The position numbers were made by a program, and so were the translations under genes. DNA of 64,000 bases from Auanema rhodensis (lineage: Eukaryota > Animalia > Nematoda): positions 22,134,001 through 22,198,000 of the forward strand of contig OZ059900.1 of NCBI GenBank assembly GCA_964057225.1. Direction: 5' to 3'. Positions 55,065 to 64,000 of this stretch are shown here, one piece after another; within the stretch, counting starts at the first letter, position 1, and each line of letters starts with the position of its first letter. The notes below the pieces were generated by a model that ran no database searches, was not told the DNA's origin, and saw nothing but the letters and a program-made list of their open reading frames with translations.

Positions 55065-58000
55065 TGTAAAATGCTTCATTTTAGTATGTAACACGCTGAA
55101 ATTCGTTGCATTTGACTACTCATATGAACAAAAATCGATTTAATCAATATTAGCCATAAGGGGCGTGCCCTCAGAATATGCTAATTTCCTTAATTTTCTA
55201 ACCCCTGTTTTTTTGTCGTGAAAGTGGAACTAGACGTTGTACAAACAATTTTGAGCTAGGTTTCATTGACATTGCATGAGTTTGAACACATGAAATCGTA
55301 AGTCAAAACCTTGTTTACAGCGAAATTTCCAAAAACTGGTTTTCCAGCATAATAAAATATTTCTCATGAGAAATACTGTGTTTTTGTATTTTTCTAGTGT
55401 TCAGCATGTGAAATGCTTCATTTTAGTATGTAACACGCTGAAATTCGTTGCATTTGACGACTCATATGAACAAAAATCGATTTAATCAATATTAGCCATA
55501 AGGGGCGTGCCCTCAGAATATGCTAATTTCCTTAATTTTCTAACCCCTGTTTTTTTGTCGTGAAAGTGGAACTAGACGTTGTAGGAACAATTTTGAGCTA
55601 GGTTTCATTGACATTGCATGAGTTTGAACACATGAAATCGTAAGTCAAAACCTTGTTTACAGCGAAATTTCCAAAAACTGGTTTTCCAGCATAATAAAAT
55701 ATTTCTCATGAGAAATACTGTGTTTTTGTATTTTTCTAGTGTTCAGCATGTAAAATGCTTCATTTTAGTATGTAACACGATGAAATTCGTTGCATTTGAC
55801 GACTCATATGAACAAAAATCGATTTAATCAATATTAGCCATAAGGGGCGTGCCCTCAGAATATGCTAATTTCATTAATTTTCTAACCCCTGTTTTTTTGT
55901 CGTGAAAGTGGAACTAGACGTTGTACAAACAATTTTGAGCTAGGTTTCATTGACATTGCATGAGTTTGAACACATGGAATCGTAAGTCAAAACCTTGTTT
56001 ACAGCGAAATTTCCAAAAACTGGTTTTCCAGCATAATAAAATATTTCTCATGGGAAATACTGTGTTTTTGTATTTTTCTAGTGTTCAGCATGTAAAATAC
56101 TTCATTTTAGTATGTAACACGCTGAAATTCGTTGCATTTGACGACTCATATGAACAAAAATCGATTTAATCAATATTAGCCATAAGGGGCGTGCCCTCAG
56201 AATATGCTAATTTCCTTAATTTTCTAACCCCTGTTTTTTTGTCGTGAAAGTGGAACTAGACGTTGTACGAACAATTTTGAGCTAGGTTTCATTGACATTG
56301 CATGAGTTTGAACACATGAAATCGTAAGTCAAAACCTTGTTTACAGCGAAAATTCCAAAAACTGGTTTTCCAGCATAATAAAATATTTCTCATGGGAAAT
56401 ACTGTGTTTTTGTATTTTTCTAGTGTTCAGCATGTAAAATACTTCATTTTAGTATGTAACACGCTGAAATTCGTTGCATTTGACGACTCATATGAACAAA
56501 AATCGATTTAATCAATATTAGCCATAAGGGGCGTGCCCTCAGAATATGCTAATTTCCTAAATTTTCTAACCCCTGTTTTTTTGTCGTGAAAGTGGAACTA
56601 GACGTTGTACAAACAATTTTGAGCTAGGTTTCATTGACATTGCATGAGTTTGAACACATGAAATCGTAAGTCAAAACCTTGTTTACAGCGAAATTTCCAA
56701 AAACTGGTTTTCCAGCATAATAAAATATTTCTCATGAGAAATACTGTGTTTTTGTATTTTTCTAGTGTTCAGCATGTAAAATGCTTCATTTTAGTATGTA
56801 ACACGATGAAATTCGTTGCATTTGACGACTCATATGAACAAAAATCGATTTAATCAATATTAGCCATAAGGGGCGTGCCCTCAGAATATGCTAATTTCAT
56901 TAATTTTCTAACCCCTGTTTTTTTGTCGTGAAAGTGGAACTAGACGTTGTAGGAACAATTTTGAGCTAGGTTTCATTGACATTGCATGAGTTTGAACACA
57001 TGAAATCGTAAGTCAAAACCTTGTTTACAGCGAAATTTCCAAAAACTGGTTTTCCAGCATAATAAAATATTTCTCATGGGAAATACTGTGTTTTTGTATT
57101 TTTCTAGTGTTCAGCATGTAAAATGCTTCATTTTAGTATGTAACACGCTGAAATTCGTTGCATTTGACAACTCATATGAACAAAAAACCGATTTAATCAA
57201 TATTAGCCATAAGGGGCGTGCCCTCAGAATATGCTAATTTCCTTAATTTTCTAACCCCTGTTTTTTGTCGTGAAAGTGGAACTAGACGTTGTACGAACAA
57301 TTTTGAGCTAGGTTTCATTGACATTGCATGAGTTCGAACACATGAAATCGTAAGTCAAAACCTTGTTTACAGCGAAAATTCCAAAAACTGGTTTTCCAGC
57401 ATAATAAAATATTTCTCATGGGAAATACTGTGTTTTTGTATTTTTCTAGTGTTCAGCATGTAAAATACTTCATTTTAGTATGTAACACGCTGAAATTCGT
57501 TGCATTTGACGACTCATATGAACAAAAATCGATTTAATCAATATTAGCCATAAGGGGCGTGCCCTCAGAATATGCTAATTTCCTTAATTTTCTAACCCCT
57601 GTTTTTTTGTCGTGAAAGTGGAACTAGACGTTGTACGAACAATTTTGAGCTAGGTTTCATTGACATTGCATGAGTTCGAACACATGAAATCGTAAGTCAA
57701 AACCTTGTTTACAGCGAAAATTCCAAAAACTGGTTTTCCAGCATAATTAAATATTTCTCATGGGAAATACTGTGTTTTTGTATTTTTCTAGTGTTCAGCA
57801 TGTAAAATACTTCATTTTAGTATGTAACACGCTGAAATTCGTTGCATTTGACGACTCATATGAACAAAAATCGATTTAATCAATATTAGCCATAAGGGGC
57901 GTGCCCTCAGAATATGCTAATTTCCTAAATTTTCTAACCCCTGTTTTTTTGTCGTGAAAGTGGAACTAGACGTTGTACGAACAATTTTGAGCTAGGTTTC

Positions 58001-59852
58001 ATTGACATTGCATGAGTTTGAACACATGAAATCGTAAGTCAAAACCTTGTTTACAGCGAAATTTCCAAAAACTGGTTTTCCAGCATAATAAAATATTTCT
58101 CATGGGAAATACTGTGTTTTTGTATTTTTCTAGTGTTCAGCATGTAAAATGCTTCATTTTAGTATGTAACACGCTGAAATTCGTTGCATTTGACTACTCA
58201 TATGAACAAAAATCGATTTAATCAATATTAGCCATAAGGGGCGTGCCCTCAGAATATGCTAATTTCCTTAATTTTCTAACCCCTGTTTTTTTGTCGTGAA
58301 AGTGGAACTAGACGTTGTACAAACAATTTTGAGCTAGGTTTCATTGACATTGCATGAGTTTGAACACATGGAATCGTAAGTCAAAACCTTGTTTACAGCG
58401 AAATTTCCAAAAACTGGTTTTCCAGCATAATAAAATATTTCTCATGGGAAATACTGTGTTTTTGTATTTTTCTAGTGTTCAGCATGTAAAATGCTTCATT
58501 TTAGTATGTAACACGCTGAAATTCGTTGCATTTGACGACTCATATGAACAAAAATCGATTTAATCAATATTAGCCATAAGGGGCGTGCCCTCAGAATATG
58601 CTAATTTCCTTAATTTTCTAACCCCTGTTTTTTTGTCGTGAAAGTGGAACTAGACGTTGTACGAACAATTTTGAGCTAGGTTTCATTGACATTGCATGAG
58701 TTTGAACACATGAAATCGTAAGTCAAAACCTTGTTTACAGCGAAAATTCCAAAAACTGGTTTTCCAGCATAATAAAATATTTCTCATGGGAAATACTGTG
58801 TTTTTGTATTTTTCTAGTGTTCAGCATGTAAAATGCTTCATTTTAGTATGTAACACGCTGAAATTCGTTGCATTTGACTACTCATATGAACAAAAATCGA
58901 TTTAATCAATATTAGCCATAAGGGGCGTGCCCTCAGAATATGCTAATTTCCTTAATTTTCTAACCCCTGTTTTTTTGTCGTGAAAGTGGAACTAGACGTT
59001 GTACAAACAATTTTGAGCTAGGTTTCATTGACATTGCATGAGTTTGAACACATGAAATCGTAAGTCAAAACCTTGTTTACAGCGAAATTTCCAAAAACTG
59101 GTTTTCCAGCATAATAAAATATTTCTCATGAGAAATACTGTGTTTTTGTATTTTTCTAGTGTTCAGCATGTAAAATGCTTCATTTTAGTATGTAACACGA
59201 TGAAATTCGTTGCATTTGACGACTCATATGAACAAAAATCGATTTAATCAATATTAGCCATAAGGGGCGTGCCCTCAGAATATGCTAATTTCATTAATTT
59301 TCTAACCCCTGTTTTTTTGTCGTGAAAGTGGAACTAGACGTTGTAGGAACAATTTTGAGCTAGGTTTCATTGACATTGCATGAGTTTGAACACATGAAAT
59401 CGTAAGTCAAAACCTTGTTTACAGCGAAATTTCCAAAAACTGGTTTTCCAGCATAATAAAATATTTCTCATGGGAAATACTGTGTTTTTGTATTTTTCTA
59501 GTGTTCAGCATGTAAAATGCTTCATTTTAGTATGTAACACGCTGAAATTCGTTGCATTTGACTACTCATATGAACAAAAATCGATTTAATCAATATTAGC
59601 CATAAGGGGCGTGCCCTCAGAATATGCTAATTTCCTTAATTTTCTAACCCCTGTTTTTTTGTCGTGAAAGTGGAACTAGACGTTGTACAAACAATTTTGA
59701 GCTAGGTTTCATTGACATTGCATGAGTTTGAACACATGGAATCGTAAGTCAAAACCTTGTTTACAGCGAAATTTCCAAAAACTGGTTTTCCAGCATAATA
59801 AAATATTTCTCATGGGAAATACTGTGTTTTTGTATTTTTCTAGTGTTCAGCA
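55065..59852. repeat. 14-monomer block, copy B
   Basis: Same haplotype order as 49251-54038. The only difference I noticed is TGTGAAAT at about 55410. Confidence 0.88.
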
Positions 59853-62800
59853 TGTAAAATACTTCATTTTAGTATGTAACACGCTGAAATTCGTTGCATT
59901 TGACGACTCATATGAACAAAAATCGATTTAATCAATATTAGCCATAAGGGGCGTGCCCTCAGAATATGCTAATTTCCTTAATTTTCTAACCCCTGTTTTT
60001 TTGTCGTGAAAGTGGAACTAGACGTTGTACGAACAATTTTGAGCTAGGTTTCATTGACATTGCATGAGTTTGAACACATGAAATCGTAAGTCAAAACCTT
60101 GTTTACAGCGAAAATTCCAAAAACTGGTTTTCCAGCATAATAAAATATTTCTCATGGGAAATACTGTGTTTTTGTATTTTTCTAGTGTTCAGCATGTAAA
60201 ATGCTTCATTTTAGTATGTAACACGCTGAAATTCGTTGCATTTGACGACTCATATGAACAAAAATCGATTTAATCAATATTAGCCATAAGGGGCGTGCCC
60301 TCAGAATATACTAATTTCCTTAATTTTCTAACCCCTGTTTTTTTGTCGTGAAAGTGGAACTAGACGTTGTACGAACAATTTTGAGCTAGGTTTCATTGAC
60401 ATTGCATGAGTTTGAACACATGAAATCGTAAGTCAAAACCTTGTTTACAGCGAAAATTCCAAAAACTGGTTTTCCAGCATAATAAAATATTTCTCATGGG
60501 AAATACTGTGTTTTTGTATTTTTCTAGTGTTCAGCATGTGAAATACTTCATTTTAGTATGTAACACGCTGAAATTCGTTGCATTTGACGACTCATATGAA
60601 CAAAAATCGATTTAATCAATATTAGCCATAAGGGGCGTGCCCTCAGAATATGCTAATTTCCTAAATTTTCTAACCCCTGTTTTTTTGTCGTGAAAGTGGA
60701 ACTAGACGTTGTACGAACAATTTTGAGCTAGGTTTCATTGACATTGCATGAGTTTGAACACATGAAATCGTAAGTCAAAACCTTGTTTACAGCGAAATTT
60801 CCAAAAACTGGTTTTCCAGCATAATAAAATATTTCTCATGGGAAATACTGTGTTTTTGTATTTTTCTAGTGTTCAGCATGTAAAATGCTTCATTTTAGTA
60901 TGTAACACGCTGAAATTCGTTGCATTTGACGACTCATATGAACAAAAATCGATTTAATCAATATTAGCCATAAGGGGCGTGCCCTCAGAATATGCTAATT
61001 TCCTTAATTTTCTAACCCCTGTTTTTTTGTCGTGAAAGTGGAACTAGACGTTGTACGAACAATTTTGAGCTAGGTTTCATTGACATTGCATGAGTTTGAA
61101 CACATGAAATCGTAAGTCAAAACCTTGTTTACAGCGAAAATTCCAAAAACTGGTTTTCCAGCATAATAAAATATTTCTCATGGGAAATACTGTGTTTTTG
61201 TATTTTTCTAGTGTTCAGCATGTAAAATGCTTCATTTTAGTATGTAACACGCTGAAATTCGTTGCATTTGACTACTCATATGAACAAAAATCGATTTAAT
61301 CAATATTAGCCATAAGGGGCGTGCCCTCAGAATATGCTAATTTCCTTAATTTTCTAACCCCTGTTTTTTTGTCGTGAAAGTGGAACTAGACGTTGTACAA
61401 ACAATTTTGAGCTAGGTTTCATTGACATTGCATGAGGTTGAACACATGAAATCGTAAGTCAAAACCTTGTTTACAGCGAAATTTCCAAAAACTGGTTTTC
61501 CAGCATAATAAAATATTTCTCATGAGAAATACTGTGTTTTTGTATTTTTCTAGTGTTCAGCATGTAAAATGCTTCATTTTAGTATGTAACACGATGAAAT
61601 TCGTTGCATTTGACGACTCATATGAACAAAAATCGATTTAATCAATATTAGCCATAAGGGGCGTGCCCTCAGAATATGCTAATTTCATTAATTTTCTAAC
61701 CCCTGTTTTTTTGTCGTGAAAGTGGAACTAGACGTTGTAGGAACAATTTTGAGCTAGGTTTCATTGACATTGCATGAGTTTGAACACATGAAATCGTAAG
61801 TCAAAACCTTGTTTACAGCGAAATTTCCAAAAACTGGTTTTCCAGCATAATAAAATATTTCTCATGGGAAATACTGTGTTTTTGTATTTTTCTAGTGTTC
61901 AGCATGTAAAATGCTTCATTTTAGTATGTAACACGCTGAAATTCGTTGCATTTGACTACTCATATGAACAAAAATCGATTTAATCAATATTAGCCATAAG
62001 GGGCGTGCCCTCAGAATATGCTAATTTCCTTAATTTTCTAACCCCTGTTTTTTTGTCGTGAAAGTGGAACTAGACGTTGTACAAACAATTTTGAGCTAGG
62101 TTTCATTGACATTGCATGAGTTTGAACACATGGAATCGTAAGTCAAAACCTTGTTTACAGCGAAATTTCCAAAAACTGGTTTTCCAGCATAATAAAATAT
62201 TTCTCATGGGAAATACTGTGTTTTTGTATTTTTCTAGTGTTCAGCATGTAAAATACTTCATTTTAGTATGTAACACGCTGAAATTCGTTGCATTTGACGA
62301 CTCATATGAACAAAAATCGATTTAATCAATATTAGCCATAAGGGGCGTGCCCTCAGAATATGCTAATTTCCTTAATTTTCTAACCCCTGTTTTTTTGTCG
62401 TGAAAGTGGAACTAGACGTTGTACGAACAATTTTGAGCTAGGTTTCATTGACATTGCATGAGTTTGAACACATGAAATCGTAAGTCAAAACCTTGTTTAC
62501 AGCGAAAATTCCAAAAACTGGTTTTCCAGCATAATAAAATATTTCTCATGGGAAATACTGTGTTTTTGTATTTTTCTAGTGTTCAGCATGTAAAATGCTT
62601 CATTTTAGTATGTAACACGCTGAAATTCGTTGCATTTGACGACTCATATGAACAAAAATCGATTTAATCAATATTAGCCATAAGGGGCGTGCCCTCAGAA
62701 TATACTAATTTCCTTAATTTTCTAACCCCTGTTTTTTTGTCGTGAAAGTGGAACTAGACGTTGTACGAACAATTTTGAGCTAGGTTTCATTGACATTGCA

Positions 62801-63272
62801 TGAGTTTGAACACATGAAATCGTAAGTCAAAACCTTGTTTACAGCGAAAATTCCAAAAACTGGTTTTCCAGCATAATAAAATATTTCTCATGGGAAATAC
62901 TGTGTTTTTGTATTTTTCTAGTGTTCAGCATGTGAAATACTTCATTTTAGTATGTAACACGCTGAAATTCGTTGCATTTGACGACTCATATGAACAAAAA
63001 TCGATTTAATCAATATTAGCCATAAGGGGCGTGCCCTCAGAATATGCTAATTTCCTAAATTTTCTAACCCCTGTTTTTTTGTCGTGAAAGTGGAACTAGA
63101 CGTTGTACGAACAATTTTGAGCTAGGTTTCATTGACATTGCATGAGTTTGAACACATGAAATCGTAAGTCAAAACCTTGTTTACAGCGAAATTTCCAAAA
63201 ACTGGTTTTCCAGCATAATAAAATATTTCTCATGGGAAATACTGTGTTTTTGTATTTTTCTAGTGTTCAGCA
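58485..63272. repeat. Tandem duplication of a 7-monomer block (2 x 2394 bp)
   Basis: 58485-60878 matches 60879-63272. ORF starts 59722 and 62116 differ by 2394. TATACT+GAAAATT monomers start at 60195 and 62589, and TGTGAAATAC+CCTAAA monomers start at 60537 and 62931. Confidence 0.85.
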
Positions 63273-64000
63273 TGTAAAATGCTTCATTTTAGTATGTAAC
63301 ACGCTGAAATTCGTTGCATTTGACTACTCATATGAACAAAAATCGATTTAATCAATATTAGCCATAAGGGGCGTGCCCTCAGAATATGCTAATTTCCTTA
63401 ATTTTCTAACCCCTGTTTTTTTGTCGTGAAAGTGGAACTAGACGTTGTACAAACAATTTTGAGCTAGGTTTCATTGACATTGCATGAGGTTGAACACATG
63501 AAATCGTAAGTCAAAACCTTGTTTACAGCGAAATTTCCAAAAACTGGTTTTCCAGCATAATAAAATATTTCTCATGAGAAATACTGTGTTTTTGTATTTT
63601 TCTAGTGTTCAGCATGTAAAATGCTTAATTTTAGTATGTAACACGATGAAATTCGTTGCATTTGACGACTCATATGAACAAAAATCGATTTAATCAATAT
63701 TAGCCATAAGGGGCGTGCCCTCAGAATATGCTAATTTCATTAATTTTCTAACCCCTGTTTTTTTGTCGTGAAAGTGGAACTAGACGTTGTAGGAACAATT
63801 TTGAGCTAGGTTTCATTGACATTGCATGAGTTTGAACACATGAAATCGTAAGTCAAAACCTTGTTTACAGCGAAATTTCCAAAAACTGGTTTTCCAGCAT
63901 AATAAAATATTTCTCATGGGAAATACTGTGTTTTTGTATTTTTCTAGTGTTCAGCATGTAAAATGCTTCATTTTAGTATGTAACACGCTGAAATTCGTTG

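Larger units (their letters stand above)
1..64000. repeat. Tandem satellite DNA array, 342-bp monomer, about 187 copies, probable centromeric/pericentromeric heterochromatin
   Basis: TGTAAAATGCTTCATTTTAG recurs at 1, 343, 685, 1027 and so on to 63957. The line at 1 is identical to the line at 3421 (10x342). Spacings among copies of each ORF class are multiples of 342. There is no non-repeat sequence and the array runs off both ends. The centromeric role is inferred. Confidence 0.98.
40994..64000. repeat. Satellite haplotype domain 3 (monomers ~121-188), the most variant-rich, with 17- and 7-monomer periodicities
   Basis: Diagnostic variants are GTAGGAAC, CGATGAA, TTTCATTAA, GACTACT, CATGGAAT, CTCATGAGAA, GAAAATTCC, CCTAAATT and CCCCGG+GGAATTAG. 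Confidence 0.85.

Noticed and set aside
45700-62325. Eleven 69-aa ORFs (MSLNTWNRKS...)
   Set aside because: They exist only where one SNV turns the consensus TGA into TGG (ACATGAAAT>ACATGGAAT). They lie within satellite monomers, have no recognisable domain, and most monomers keep the stop.
1-64000. CRISPR array or other repeat-spacer system
   Set aside because: There are no unique spacers. The entire 342 bp is repeated and no cas or other gene is present.
1-64000. Whole array as a sequencing or assembly artefact (concatemer, rolling-circle product)
   Set aside because: Linked SNV haplotypes recur in ordered, nested, position-specific patterns, which random error on a single template would not produce. 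Local misjoins remain possible.

Overview
The whole 64-kb window is one uninterrupted, head-to-tail tandem satellite DNA array of about 187 copies of a 342-bp, AT-rich monomer (about 34% GC by hand count). All copies have the same orientation and most differ from consensus by 0-5 substitutions. I see no genes, RNA genes, transposons or CRISPR array. The 13 listed ORFs are by-products of single SNVs that remove stop codons in the monomer. This is most likely eukaryotic centromeric or pericentromeric heterochromatin. The lack of CpG depletion points to an invertebrate or another host with little methylation, but I cannot name the family. The structure is visible at three scales. (1) The monomer looks like an ancient, highly diverged dimer of ~171-bp subunits and is rich in short dyads, including an 18-bp near-palindrome that becomes perfect in a variant spreading after 41 kb. 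(2) SNV haplotypes divide the array into three domains (about 1-15.7 kb, 15.7-37.3 kb and 41-64 kb) plus a transition zone. (3) Each domain has incipient higher-order repeats or block duplications with periods of 2, 3, 7, 10-12 and 17 monomers, chimeric monomers, and an indel pair that leaves the length at 342 bp. I catalogued variants by eye, so they should be confirmed computationally.
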